64,000 bases of DNA from a virus (IMGVR_UViG_3300011616_000006:32001-96000), one strand, 5' to 3'. Shown: positions 28,455-38,836, counted from the first letter of the stretch. Program-made: numbers and translations. Notes: a model not told the origin generated them from the letters alone.

Positions 28455-29871
28455 CAGCTGCATCTCCTTCATTGATTGCATTATGAATTGCCTGGGCAAT
28501 TCCCTCGCTATAAGTCGGATGGGCCCGCATCGCCTTGTCAAGCTGGCTGGCTGTCAATCCGTTGGCAATAGCCGTAGCCATCTCACCAATCATGTCCGTA
28601 GCCCGGGGACAAACCATCTGCGCCCCGACAATGGTATTGGAATAAGCCTCAAAGATCAGACGGATAAAACCGCCCTCCTCCTTGGTAATAATCGATTTCC
28701 CGTTACCATCCATAAAACACACACCGCACCGTACTTTCATGCCCAACTTAACCGCTGCTGCTTCAGTGATTCCAACCGTAGCAATCTCCGGCTTGGTATA
28801 AATACAGTTTGGGACAATCGGCAGCGGTACATACATACCATTTGGAACTACTTCCAGCATAATACTGTGTTCCTTACCGGCAAGCTTTTCAACCACATAT
28901 GTACCCTGAGCAGCCGCCACGTGAGCCAGCTGTGTCTTAGCAATCACATCACCAATCGCATACACGCCCGGTTCGCTGGTCATAAAATCCTTGTCCACCA
29001 CCAGCTTGCCATATTCATACGCCAGCGTAACATCCCCACCGGTCAGATTATCCGTATAAGGAGTTCTTCCGATCGCAATGACAACCTGGCTGGCTTTCAT
29101 TTTATGTGTTTCTTTCGTTTTATGATTATATAAGGTACAATTCAAGTCCTCGATCTGCTCAATAGTAGTATTACAATGTATCGCTATCCCTTTGGCCCGA
29201 AGCGTCGTCTCCAGTGCCTCGGCTACCTGAATATCCATCGGCCCAAGCAAATGCGGCCCCTTTTCCACAATCGTAACCTTGGAACAAAGCGCCTGGAAGA
29301 TCGTAGCGAATTCCACCCCGATCACACCACCACCGACAATCACAATCCGGTCAAAGTTCCACTCCTTTGCCGCCAGCAGCCGGTCACTGTTTACCACCCC
29401 CGGCCCGTCGATTCCCGGAATATCCGGCATCATCGGCTGGGCACCGGTCGCAATAATAACCGATTTCCCTTGCAGATACTCACGGCCCTCTTCATTTACA
29501 ATCTCCACCGTCTTATCACGACGGATCTTTGCTTCTGCTCTGATAAAGGAAACCTTGTTCTTCTCAAACAGCTTTTCAATCTCACTGCGGTACTTAAGCA
29601 CGGACCGTCTCTTATAGCCCTGCATTTTCCCAAAATCAAAAGAAATAAAATCCGTAGAAACACCAAAATCATCACATTGCTGCATCATCGAAAAAATATT
29701 GGATGCGTACAGGAGAGCCTTGGTCGGTATACATCCGCGGTTGAGACAAACACCACCAAGCTTATCCTTATCAATTACGGCAACACTCATGCCCAATTCA
29801 GCTGCCTTCAGTGCCGCGGTATATCCACCCGGCCCGGCTCCGATCACAATCAAATCAAACTGTCTAGTCAC
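28447..29871 (-). CDS. lpdA: Dihydrolipoyl dehydrogenase
   Basis: GAGPGG, GGVCLNRGCIPTK, GGGVIG, HPTYSE. Confidence 0.93.
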   Translation of the reverse strand: MTRQFDLIVIGAGPGGYTAALKAAELGMSVAVIDKDKLGGVCLNRGCIPTKALLYASNIFSMMQQCDDFGVSTDFISFDFGKMQGYKRRSVLKYRSEIEKLFEKNKVSFIRAEAKIRRDKTVEIVNEEGREYLQGKSVIIATGAQPMMPDIPGIDGPGVVNSDRLLAAKEWNFDRIVIVGGGVIGVEFATIFQALCSKVTIVEKGPHLLGPMDIQVAEALETTLRAKGIAIHCNTTIEQIEDLNCTLYNHKTKETHKMKASQVVIAIGRTPYTDNLTGGDVTLAYEYGKLVVDKDFMTSEPGVYAIGDVIAKTQLAHVAAAQGTYVVEKLAGKEHSIMLEVVPNGMYVPLPIVPNCIYTKPEIATVGITEAAAVKLGMKVRCGVCFMDGNGKSIITKEEGGFIRLIFEAYSNTIVGAQMVCPRATDMIGEMATAIANGLTASQLDKAMRAHPTYSEGIAQAIHNAINEGDAADE

Positions 29872-29877
29872 TAAACG

Positions 29878-30675
29878 TTACTTCCTTTCCATCCTCTCAA
29901 ATAACCCTAAGGCCTGACAAGCATTCCAGACTCCATCTTCCCCGATATCTGTGGTCACATAGTCAGCCACCTGTTTCAGCGGTTCAATGCTGTTCCCCAT
30001 CGCAATCCCGACTCCCGCTGCCTGAATAATCTCATAGTCATTCATACTGTCGCCAAATGCCACCGTATCCTGTATCGCCACACCATAATGTTCACACAGC
30101 CGTTTCAGCCCTTCCGCTTTGGAAGCCTCTTTCTCGATCACATCGGCTCCATTCCCGCTTGAAAACATCGGCAGTTTTACCTCCGGAAATGCTTCCGCAA
30201 CCATCTCAACCCACTTAGCCTCACCAATATACGTCAGCGATCGGATCGGCATGTCAAGCAGCAGATATGGATCCAGATAAGTCCGGTTCGATTCAGCAAA
30301 TCGCATTTTGTCATGCCGTGTCACATATTCCGGATTCACATAATAATCCTCAGTCCCGGTGGTAAGCCCCAGCGCAAACTTCTTGCCCTCCGTAAATCGC
30401 AGCAGCCGCGCTACCAATCCCCTCTCCATACAATGCTCATAAATAGTCTCCTCACCAATCGTAATTTTATTGCCGTTCAGATGAATGATCGCATCCGGAG
30501 TAATCAGATCTTTCAGCCCCGCACTGAACTTGCTGTCCATATCACGCCCCGTCGCTATGACAATGTAATACTGTTCCCGCAGCCGCTCAACTGCGCGGTA
30601 TGCACTGTCAGGAATCTTCCATGTATGATGATCCAATAAAGTCATATCCATGTCAAAACTGGCTATTGCTTTCAT
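29878..30675 (-). CDS. Cof-type HAD-IIB hydrolase
   Basis: FDMDMTL, ATGR, SKAEG, FGDSMND. Confidence 0.92.
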   Translation of the reverse strand: MKAIASFDMDMTLLDHHTWKIPDSAYRAVERLREQYYIVIATGRDMDSKFSAGLKDLITPDAIIHLNGNKITIGEETIYEHCMERGLVARLLRFTEGKKFALGLTTGTEDYYVNPEYVTRHDKMRFAESNRTYLDPYLLLDMPIRSLTYIGEAKWVEMVAEAFPEVKLPMFSSGNGADVIEKEASKAEGLKRLCEHYGVAIQDTVAFGDSMNDYEIIQAAGVGIAMGNSIEPLKQVADYVTTDIGEDGVWNACQALGLFERMERK

Positions 30676-30761
30676 ATTGTCTCCTTACTGCATTTCTAAA
30701 CGATTCTATACATTAACCTCTACCCCCAATCTTAACAAAATAAAAACCTGCTGTAAACCTC

Positions 30762-30790
30762 TTTTCAAATTGGAATTTTTCTGTTATAAT
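30762..30790 (+). promoter_or_regulatory. tRNA promoter
   Basis: TTTTCA-17 nt-TATAAT with extended TG. Confidence 0.7.
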
Positions 30791-30803
30791 AGCAAAGCAG
30801 TTA

Positions 30804-30877
30804 CGGAGTATGGCGTAGTTTGGTAGCGCGCTCGGCTGGGGGCCGAGAGGTCGCAGGTTCAAATCCTGTTACTCCGA
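30804..30877 (+). tRNA. tRNA-Pro(GGG), CCA not encoded; integration site of prophage 2
   Basis: Acceptor CGGAGTA/TACTCCG, anticodon arm CTCGG-CTGGGGG-CCGAG, T arm GCAGG-TTCAAAT-CCTGT. Confidence 0.97.
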
Positions 30878-30939
30878 TTTTCCCTTTAATATCAAGGGTT
30901 TGCGAGAAATTTGTGGATAAAATGTTTGATTACCTTTGA

Positions 30940-32199
30940 TTACTTTTCTGTCAGGATAGAGCTTTCTATCGTATTGTTTGCGCCTACAAACTGGGACATA
31001 GTAATCTCTTTAGTAACCATGCCTACCATAAGTTTCTTTTCTTCTATATTAGTAATGTCATAGGTGTAGTATTGCTCATTAACCTCCTCGGTATGACCTA
31101 AGAGGGCACTAACAACAGTTGATGATACACCATTACATTTTAATTTAGATGAAAACGTCCTGCGGTAAGCATGAATGCTCTTCACCGGAATTCCAAGCTG
31201 TAAACACTTATTCTTCGCACACGAAGATATCACTGATGCTCTCACACGGCCTTCCTCATTCTGAAATATGAATTCCCCCAGATATCCATATTCCTTTTCA
31301 ATTTCCCTTACTTTTATGAGTAGGGCTTTTGTTTCGTCCGTTAGAGGCATAAACCTTTTCTTCTCATTCTTTGTCTCCCCAATAAAGCATTCTTTGGTTT
31401 CCCGGATATACTTTTCAGAGTGACTTATTTCAATTATTCCATTTTGTATATCTGCCCACCGCAATGCCGCTATCTCACTCACTCTCAGTCCTGTGAGACT
31501 TGCAAAATGTACTGCGTAAGTTGGAATATAATCGGGATGATCTTGATAGTCTTTGGCGAATCGTTGAAATAGAAGTCGGTATTGATCTTGAGAAACGGTT
31601 CTTTCCTCAGCTGTCTTGACTATTTTCTTGCAGAATGGATAAAAAGATTTTGTTTCAATGTTTTCGAATGGATTTTCCTTTATTAACTTGTTTATCTTCG
31701 CGCTCTTCAATGTGTTTCGAATATATCCACACAATGTTTTACACGCTTTAGGGGATAGCTTCAACTCTTTAATAAGCTTGATAATGAAGGCACTAATGTT
31801 TTCTTCGTTCATTTCTGAAAGTGGCATTATCTCAAAATCTCGCCCTTTGAAAAAACGTTTGTAATCACTTCGATACTTATCATGAGTATTAGTTGTGGAG
31901 AAACGAATTGAGTATACATCAAACCATCGCTTATAAGCTTCCTTAAAGCTAATTCGATCACTATGATTACTTTTTTGCTTATAGTAATCAATAATCACTT
32001 TATTTATCTTTGCTTCGGTTTTAAGTTTTTTTAATTTCCTCCCCTTTTCTTCGTCTGGTAAATACGTTCTCCAATAGCCATCATTTCCCTCCCACACTTC
32101 GTATGGATGATTCTCTAAATATTCTTTGTCTTTCATAGCTTCAATATCATTCTGTACATCGTCAAGGTTAATTTTACCATTAGCGATCAAGAAACTCAA
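30940..32199 (-). CDS. Tyrosine integrase (possible ATA start at 32232)
   Basis: TGLRVSE, K, HAYRR, LLGH and Y catalytic set. Confidence 0.95.
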   Translation of the reverse strand: MSFLIANGKINLDDVQNDIEAMKDKEYLENHPYEVWEGNDGYWRTYLPDEEKGRKLKKLKTEAKINKVIIDYYKQKSNHSDRISFKEAYKRWFDVYSIRFSTTNTHDKYRSDYKRFFKGRDFEIMPLSEMNEENISAFIIKLIKELKLSPKACKTLCGYIRNTLKSAKINKLIKENPFENIETKSFYPFCKKIVKTAEERTVSQDQYRLLFQRFAKDYQDHPDYIPTYAVHFASLTGLRVSEIAALRWADIQNGIIEISHSEKYIRETKECFIGETKNEKKRFMPLTDETKALLIKVREIEKEYGYLGEFIFQNEEGRVRASVISSCAKNKCLQLGIPVKSIHAYRRTFSSKLKCNGVSSTVVSALLGHTEEVNEQYYTYDITNIEEKKLMVGMVTKEITMSQFVGANNTIESSILTEK

Positions 32200-32299
32200 T
32201 ATCTGGCTTGTATCTATTTGTTGTGCGCTTATACTTAATCACCTCTTTAACTATGTAAGAATAGTGCAGCCAAAGAAATCTCTGGCTACACAAATCCAC

Positions 32300-32959
32300 T
32301 TAGTAATAACAATAATAATGTTTACTCGTCTTCAGATGTACACCGCTTCCCTGTCTGCCACCAGACTGATAAACGACATCACCTGGAAAAACACTCCCGT
32401 TCTCCAGTATATACCTAGCATTTGCCCAGTTCCGGTCAGTCGGCGTGCGATAATAATTCCCGTCCCATGTACAGGCATATTGCCCCTTCTGAAACGCAAC
32501 ACCTTTAATCGTATTAGGATAGCTCGGATGATTAACACGATTCATTACGACCGATGCAACATATCGCTGCTCCTCATCTGAATAGGTATGTGCTTCACCC
32601 GTCAACAGATGTGTAAGTATGTACAAATCTTCATCTGTATAAGAATTCACTGTCACTGGCTCATCACTGAACCAATCAGTCTTCATATACGCATAGCCAT
32701 CTTCGGTAACGATCATCGCCCAGCCATCAATAACCACGGCAATCTCAAATGAACTTCCCCTCTGGCCCACATCAAGAATTTCAGACTCTACATTTGGTTC
32801 TCTCCGTATATTAACCGCATCAGTCGTATATTTGGTTTCTGTGTCCGTTACGTTCACTAATGCCTGTTCAAATTTATTGATCAAAGCGATCTCATCTTGC
32901 GCAAATACCTGTGCTGTCATAAGTAATGAAACCGCCATTGTCATTAATAATTTTCTCAA
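32300..32959 (-). CDS. Secreted SH3b plus SleB-like (Hydrolase_2) cell wall hydrolase
   Basis: Signal peptide, VNIRREP SH3, GEA...VASVVMNRV..P.YPNTI.GV.FQ.GQY. Confidence 0.9.
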   Translation of the reverse strand: MRKLLMTMAVSLLMTAQVFAQDEIALINKFEQALVNVTDTETKYTTDAVNIRREPNVESEILDVGQRGSSFEIAVVIDGWAMIVTEDGYAYMKTDWFSDEPVTVNSYTDEDLYILTHLLTGEAHTYSDEEQRYVASVVMNRVNHPSYPNTIKGVAFQKGQYACTWDGNYYRTPTDRNWANARYILENGSVFPGDVVYQSGGRQGSGVHLKTSKHYYCYY

Positions 32960-33060
32960 ATCAAATCCTCCATTTTTATCAGAGGACTACCGGTAATCCA
33001 TTTTTTTCTTTCGTATTTTATACTCTCACCACTGTTTGCAACCAGAAATGAGGGTATTAT

Positions 33061-33327
33061 TTATTCGCCTTTTAAGGCATTTTCGAATACTTTTGAAGCG
33101 CTGTTTATTTCTCTTTTATGAAATTCATCTTCCGGAACGAAATGTTTACACTGCTGTTTATGATCCATCCGTTTCGTCTTCATAGTGTGATCACATACAA
33201 AATATTCACAACACATTTTACGGTAATAATTCAGATCTGATTCTCCAAGTGACAACAAATACTTTGTGGATGGAATGGCGAAACATGTTGACTGATTGCA
33301 TTCCCTACACTTAACCGTTTTACTCAT
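33061..33327 (-). CDS. Cys-rich hypothetical protein
   Basis: ORF with SD. Confidence 0.65.
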   Translation of the reverse strand: MSKTVKCRECNQSTCFAIPSTKYLLSLGESDLNYYRKMCCEYFVCDHTMKTKRMDHKQQCKHFVPEDEFHKREINSASKVFENALKGE

Positions 33328-34003
33328 TTTTTATGTTACCTTCATTATTTATTAGTTTTAGACTAATAACCCCATTCACATATTTTAGCTCATACTGTTC
33401 CGATTCAAAAGAGTATAATAATTTGAAAACACCCTCTCCTTTATGTAATACTGATTTGTCTCCAAACAATTCTATTTCCTTACTAAATCTTGTTTTTACA
33501 GCCACATTAAAATCAGAATATCTTCCCAGATTATAAAATTTACCATTTAGATATATATGTGCCATCCATTTATTATCTCTTTTATCAAAACTTACACCTT
33601 TCACACCGCTGGTATTTCTCTTAGAAATTTTCGAGTTCATCATATTTTCACTTTTGTTGACTTCCCTCAAATTTTCTTTCCTACAATCATAAATGTCATG
33701 ATTTATATGATCCACAGTAGCCTCAGTGCCTAAAATAAAGTTTTGTAAATAAACTTTCCTATCATTTATTTTAGCAAACGGATAGTCGTTACCACACATT
33801 CTCCATTTGTACATTTGGCATCGAGCCACATCTTCTAAGTCGATCTTTAAATCAAACCTGTTTGTTTTTATAACAACATAAATGTCATTTTTATCATAAC
33901 GAGTAGGTATAGTTTTTCCGTATTTTAATAATTGCCGATAATGCCTAGAACACAGGATTGATTCAAATTTTCTTCTGACTTTTCCAAGCTCGCTGCAATA
34001 CAT
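33320..34003 (-). CDS. HNH endonuclease with AP2 DNA-binding domain (possible ATA start at 34045)
   Basis: VDHINH...C.KENLR...N; NTSGVKGV...KWMAHI...LG.Y. Confidence 0.88.
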   Translation of the reverse strand: MYCSELGKVRRKFESILCSRHYRQLLKYGKTIPTRYDKNDIYVVIKTNRFDLKIDLEDVARCQMYKWRMCGNDYPFAKINDRKVYLQNFILGTEATVDHINHDIYDCRKENLREVNKSENMMNSKISKRNTSGVKGVSFDKRDNKWMAHIYLNGKFYNLGRYSDFNVAVKTRFSKEIELFGDKSVLHKGEGVFKLLYSFESEQYELKYVNGVISLKLINNEGNIKNE

Positions 34004-34041
34004 GCATTTCTTATCATTGTCATCTTTCTTATATTCTTTAT

Positions 34042-34254
34042 CTATGAATACATTCTCCTTTTACAAAAAATTGTACCAATTAACTCTTCAAATTCGCTGT
34101 CTGACATGCATTTAACCACACTCAACGCAATCTCGTATAACACATATTTCTTATTTAGGTAATCTAAGTATCGTTCACTCTGAATACCGCCAAACATAAC
34201 TTCCATCTGATTGATCTCGTTCTCAAAGTATTCAATAGCTACTTGCTTAACCAT
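34042..34254 (-). CDS. Hypothetical protein
   Basis: ORF in operon. Confidence 0.6.
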   Translation of the reverse strand: MVKQVAIEYFENEINQMEVMFGGIQSERYLDYLNKKYVLYEIALSVVKCMSDSEFEELIGTIFCKRRMYS

Positions 34255-34778
34255 TTAACCACACGCCCCTCTTCCAACGTTTTCTTTACATCGATCAATC
34301 GCTGGTTACTACTCCCACGGTATGGCAAGATTATGTCTCTCAGTTCATGCACATACCTGCCATCAACCACAACATTACAGTATCTTACAATTTCTTTGCG
34401 CAACATCTTTTCGATTACAAAATCACAGGTATCAACAACGGGAAATATTTCTTCCCACATATATCCGGTATACAACCAGATCGTTTTTGACTCCCCAAAT
34501 GAAAGTCTGATATCATGAACCAATTTCAGTACTTCCGAAAGGTTGTTTTGGTGGAGAGGATCACCTCCGCTAAGGCACAAACCAGCGATATATGGGATTT
34601 CAAGTGCCTTCATTATCTTACTTTTAATATCATCAGTGAATAAAACACCATATTGAGGGTCATGGGTTTGAGGATTGTGACACATCGGACACTCGTGGGA
34701 GCATGAAGTAAGGTACAATACTACCCTTACTCCCTCTCCGTCTTTCACTGATTCATAATCGATCCCGGCAATATTCAT
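34239..34778 (-). CDS. nrdG: Anaerobic ribonucleotide reductase activase
   Basis: DGEGVR...CSHECPMCHN radical-SAM motif, SGGDP, RGSSNQR. Confidence 0.95.
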   Translation of the reverse strand: MNIAGIDYESVKDGEGVRVVLYLTSCSHECPMCHNPQTHDPQYGVLFTDDIKSKIMKALEIPYIAGLCLSGGDPLHQNNLSEVLKLVHDIRLSFGESKTIWLYTGYMWEEIFPVVDTCDFVIEKMLRKEIVRYCNVVVDGRYVHELRDIILPYRGSSNQRLIDVKKTLEEGRVVKWLSK

Positions 34779-37009
34779 GGCATCACTCCGAAATCTGTAT
34801 AGCTACTATGCTTTTGTCTATCAGCCACTTCTGCTTGTTTTCCATTGTTGAAGTGCGAAACATCAGTGCTTAAATAACCTGTAACTCTTGCTAAATGTTC
34901 TATATGATTACCATTACACATTGGACATTTGCTGTTTATCTCTCCTTGATATCCACACTCCAGGCAAGTGTCTATTGGAAAATTGATTGCCAGATAAGGG
35001 ATGTCTAGCGACATTGCATAATTAACTATAGATTCCACCGCTTTGATGTTTTCCATAAATGTTGAATCGGTCTCACAATATGTAATACATCCACCTGTAC
35101 CAAATTTGCAGAATGGAGCTTCAACGTTCAGTTTCTCAAAAATAGACATCTTCATCCACACCGGAACATGAACGCTATTTGTAAGATATTCTCTGTCTGT
35201 CACATTCTTTATTTCACCAAACTGTTCTCGAAGTGCCTTAGCCGCCGTGTGGCAAAGCCCCTCAGCTGGGGTGAAATATGTACTGAAATTCAAATCATTC
35301 CTCTCACTGGCTTCTTTGACAAATGTGTTTATGTATTCAACTACCTCGTATGCAAAATTCCACACCACCTTATTTTCAGCGTGATTTTGACCAAATAATG
35401 CGGTACACATTTCCGCAACTCCAATAATCCCAATAGCAAGAGTCCCATGTTTTATGGCATTATACACCTCTGTATCTTCATCCGTTAACCCATGCATAGT
35501 CCCATTGTTATACATAAATGGTGCCGAACTTGGTCGCTGCCGCTTAATAATTTCAAACCTCTCCAGCAACATATTTTCACACACTTGAAGACTACTTTTT
35601 AACGATTTCCAAAACGAGCCGAGATCCGGCTCCATCCGTTCACCCAGACAAATCCCATTTTCTATGCCCAGCTTGGGAAGTATTATTGTACACGGACTAA
35701 TATTCCCACGCCCTTGCCTTCTATATCCAAATCCATGCCTATCATACCCCAGCATTGTTCTGCAACCCATAGTGGCAAATATTGTATCGATATCCCCTTT
35801 ATCTTCATGTGCTTCTGAGAAGTCACAATTGACAAAATTCGGATATATTCTTTTACTTAATGACTTTAGAGCTAATAATTTCAGATCATAGTTAGGATCT
35901 CCCTTGTCTGCATTAACACCTTTTTTATGTTGAAATATAGAAATAGGGAAAATCGGAGTTCTGTGATATCTTCCAATTCCGTCAATCGAAGCTTCTAAAA
36001 GAGATTGAGTAACCAACCTCCCTTCCGGAGAAGTATCTCTACCAAAATTAATACTTGTGAACGGAACCTGAGAACCGGCACGACTCTCCAACGTGTTCAG
36101 GTTGTGATAAAGCCCCTGTGCTGATTGCTTACATTCTCTCAGCAAAAACTTCATCGCATAATCATAAGCCGCTTTGTCCATTTTGAAGTAGCTATCATCA
36201 ATGTGGATATTAAACTCTTCTGCGACGCTGATTGTCACCTTTGCAATATCTTTTGGTTTATTGCATTTTTCAATCAGACCGTCAAGATAATACTTCAAAA
36301 AGCTTTTCTTCACATAAGGGGCTAAATCATAGTCAATGTGCATAGATCCAACACCACCATACATGACCTGAGACTGACATTGAAAAATCACTGCCACTAG
36401 CTGACATGCTGTAGCAAAAGAATTAGCCCCACGCACATCACCATTTCGAGTTGTAAAGCCGTCCTTCAATAATTTAGGGATATCCGCAAATAGGCAGTTA
36501 TGCACTCCCCAAATGATCTTCTCTGCATCATGCTCATATATCAACATGTTCTTATGTGCATCTGCTGATTCCTTATTTATGCCATCCAATTCGAATGCGA
36601 TGGTTTTGCTCATTGCACTTGCTGCCTCTTTTTCCCGGCCAGAGAAAGAGCCTTCATCTACATTGGCATTAGACCGCTCATCAATCGTTGAATATACACG
36701 CTTGTATGTATCCAAAACAATTTTACTCTTTTGATCTCTTGTCTTTGTTCTTTCATTTCTGTAAATAATATAAGCCTTGGCGACATCCTTTCGTCTGCTT
36801 GCCATCAGCTTATCTTCAATAATATCCTGTATTTCCTCGACCAACAATTTTGTCTGTAATGAGGAAATATACTGGGCAATCTCTGCTGCTTTTTTTCGAG
36901 CATCTGGTGTTAGCCTACCATCAACTTCTTCATATGCCTTCAAAATCGCCTTGACAATTTTACTTGAATCAAACTCTACCCTCCGGCCATCCCGTTTTAC
37001 TACTATCAA
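34775..37009 (-). CDS. nrdD: Class III anaerobic ribonucleotide reductase
   Basis: ATP cone VVKRDG, HNC, MGCR, TPAE, C..C/C..C, RVTGYL. Confidence 0.96.
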   Translation of the reverse strand: MIVVKRDGRRVEFDSSKIVKAILKAYEEVDGRLTPDARKKAAEIAQYISSLQTKLLVEEIQDIIEDKLMASRRKDVAKAYIIYRNERTKTRDQKSKIVLDTYKRVYSTIDERSNANVDEGSFSGREKEAASAMSKTIAFELDGINKESADAHKNMLIYEHDAEKIIWGVHNCLFADIPKLLKDGFTTRNGDVRGANSFATACQLVAVIFQCQSQVMYGGVGSMHIDYDLAPYVKKSFLKYYLDGLIEKCNKPKDIAKVTISVAEEFNIHIDDSYFKMDKAAYDYAMKFLLRECKQSAQGLYHNLNTLESRAGSQVPFTSINFGRDTSPEGRLVTQSLLEASIDGIGRYHRTPIFPISIFQHKKGVNADKGDPNYDLKLLALKSLSKRIYPNFVNCDFSEAHEDKGDIDTIFATMGCRTMLGYDRHGFGYRRQGRGNISPCTIILPKLGIENGICLGERMEPDLGSFWKSLKSSLQVCENMLLERFEIIKRQRPSSAPFMYNNGTMHGLTDEDTEVYNAIKHGTLAIGIIGVAEMCTALFGQNHAENKVVWNFAYEVVEYINTFVKEASERNDLNFSTYFTPAEGLCHTAAKALREQFGEIKNVTDREYLTNSVHVPVWMKMSIFEKLNVEAPFCKFGTGGCITYCETDSTFMENIKAVESIVNYAMSLDIPYLAINFPIDTCLECGYQGEINSKCPMCNGNHIEHLARVTGYLSTDVSHFNNGKQAEVADRQKHSSYTDFGVMP

Positions 37010-37024
37010 TCAAAATCCTCCCTA

Positions 37025-37327
37025 TCAGTGTTCATATTTTTCTTTGGGAAACAAACTTTCAAGATCCACATAATCATCAACAGCCGCTTTCAAATCAAAG
37101 CAAATACCATCCTCTCGCATATGAGCAATAAATCCACCTTCGTCGAATAACCCATATCCAAATATTTTTCTCATCTGTGCCATAAACTCAGTTACCCACA
37201 GATATGATACCCATACATAGAACTCATTATCATTTACCCACCCCAGTTCATCCACAAGGCAGGTATTATATTCATTATCTTCTGTACAGCACAGAATATA
37301 TAAATCTAAATCGTAGCTGTTGTCCAT
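37025..37327 (-). CDS. Hypothetical protein
   Basis: GAGGTG SD. Confidence 0.7.
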   Translation of the reverse strand: MDNSYDLDLYILCCTEDNEYNTCLVDELGWVNDNEFYVWVSYLWVTEFMAQMRKIFGYGLFDEGGFIAHMREDGICFDLKAAVDDYVDLESLFPKEKYEH

Positions 37328-37385
37328 CTAAACCACCTCTTAAAATAGTTATTTTATCACACCTGTGGTTTGTGTAAAAATTGCA

Positions 37386-37535
37386 CTAACCACTATTTCT
37401 ACACTCCCATTTATTACAACTCCCTTCTGCATCCACAAAATCAGCACAATACTCACTGTCGCCGTTCACGCACACCCAAGCAAGACCATACTCATCAAAT
37501 TGAATCCACTTGCAGGTACTACAAGAATCAAACAT
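37386..37535 (-). CDS. Small Cys-rich protein MFDSCSTCKW (not in ORF track)
   Basis: Manual translation; GGAG SD. Confidence 0.65.
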   Translation of the reverse strand: MFDSCSTCKWIQFDEYGLAWVCVNGDSEYCADFVDAEGSCNKWECRNSG

Positions 37536-37557
37536 ATTATTAGTTCTCCATCAAAAA

Positions 37558-37734
37558 TTAATTTACCTGATTGCCACGCTCATACACAAACAATCTCAAT
37601 ATCTGTTTTGCCTCATTCTCTGTCAGTGAATCCACTGTATCAGAAATATAAGACATGTTGTCTGACTGCAATAATTCTTCCTTGATTTTACGCATCTTCA
37701 TGTTATTTTCTATCAATGCATCTATATCAACCAT
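37558..37734 (-). CDS. Small hypothetical protein MVDIDALIEN (not in ORF track)
   Basis: Manual translation; GAGGT SD. Confidence 0.6.
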   Translation of the reverse strand: MVDIDALIENNMKMRKIKEELLQSDNMSYISDTVDSLTENEAKQILRLFVYERGNQVN

Positions 37735-38093
37735 GCTCTTACCTCACTTTCTCCTACCCATATTGCTCCGGCAGCACCATCCAAGCAACCACCCCCCTGG
37801 CTGCAGCACCATTTCGGCTGCATAAACCCGTCTGCTAATTCATCGAACGCACAAACTACAATATCACCCAGATCTGTCTGCACCAGAAACTCACTGTCAT
37901 TAGCCAGGCGTTCTGCGGCATTTGGTAGCCGCTCGGCCACCGGTATCCACGTATGATAATTTCCGAGCGCTTCTATCGCATACTTTAATGCCGCATCCTC
38001 GTCTGGTGTTTCTATCTCAACATCGCCCTGATAGGTAACGCCCTCTAAGATATCTGTTAAAATATCAATCGCTTTTTCTTTTTCCATAGTCAC
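37722..38093 (-). pseudogene. DUF551-like protein with apparent frameshift in a G6 run
   Basis: WIPVAERLP in frame; the expected tail VVAWMVLPEQY lies in another frame. Confidence 0.6.
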
Positions 38094-38102
38094 TCCTTAA
38101 AA

Positions 38103-38468
38103 TCATTTGTACTTGTCGTACTTATCAATTAACCAATTCATATGCCCTTCTAATCGTTCAGGAAAAATAGTTCCGTTTGCTTTCAGCTTACTTATCTTCT
38201 CAATAGTAAGAACCATCTGTGTCTCTTGGACTGTGAGCATTTCTAAAAACAAATTTGATTCCTTATTTCCCATTTTTTCAAGCAACATATCATATGTTTG
38301 TTGATATGCATTAGCTAGAAGAATTGTCATATTCTCCAACCACTCAGTATAACTATCTAAAGACTCTGGTTGGTGAAGAGCGACAATTGCCGCCTTTAAT
38401 GCTGAACACCTGTAAGGGTCATGTGTCTCAGTATACATTTGCTTTAATTGCTGAATATGCTCTTGCAT
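38103..38468 (-). CDS. Hypothetical protein
   Basis: GGAGGGG SD before MQEHIQ. Confidence 0.7.
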   Translation of the reverse strand: MQEHIQQLKQMYTETHDPYRCSALKAAIVALHQPESLDSYTEWLENMTILLANAYQQTYDMLLEKMGNKESNLFLEMLTVQETQMVLTIEKISKLKANGTIFPERLEGHMNWLIDKYDKYK

Positions 38469-38469
38469 C

Positions 38470-38799
38470 TTACCCCTCCCAACTTTGAGTCGCCACTTCA
38501 TTAAATATTTCCAACATTTCTTCGTATCCGTGAATTGTCTCTTCAATATGATCAATAATCATTTCTTCAAACTGTTCTTTTGCTTCATCAAGATCACCTG
38601 CAAAAACGCAGCCATCCTCCACACTGAGCATATCTGACCTGTAATTAAACTGCTCCGGATCTTCACGGTCTTGAGCAAATGCTAGGATTACTTTATCATC
38701 ATAAAACTCGGTAAAATGCAATTCATAAAACGGAGTTCCAAACTTAATTGACTCATTCCGTTCCCAATGTCGGTTTGTATATTCAACCATTTTCACCAC
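38470..38799 (-). CDS. Hypothetical protein
   Basis: GGAGG SD; start probably 38790. Confidence 0.7.
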   Translation of the reverse strand: MVKMVEYTNRHWERNESIKFGTPFYELHFTEFYDDKVILAFAQDREDPEQFNYRSDMLSVEDGCVFAGDLDEAKEQFEEMIIDHIEETIHGYEEMLEIFNEVATQSWEG

Positions 38800-38836
38800 C
38801 TCCAGTCTTAGCTACTCATCTTTCGAAATAATCTTA

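Noticed and set aside
26622-29874. Several 200+ aa + strand ORFs
   Set aside because: Shadows of aminopeptidase P and lpdA; no motifs
37365-37685. 106-aa + strand ORF
   Set aside because: Better explained by two small SD-led - strand genes
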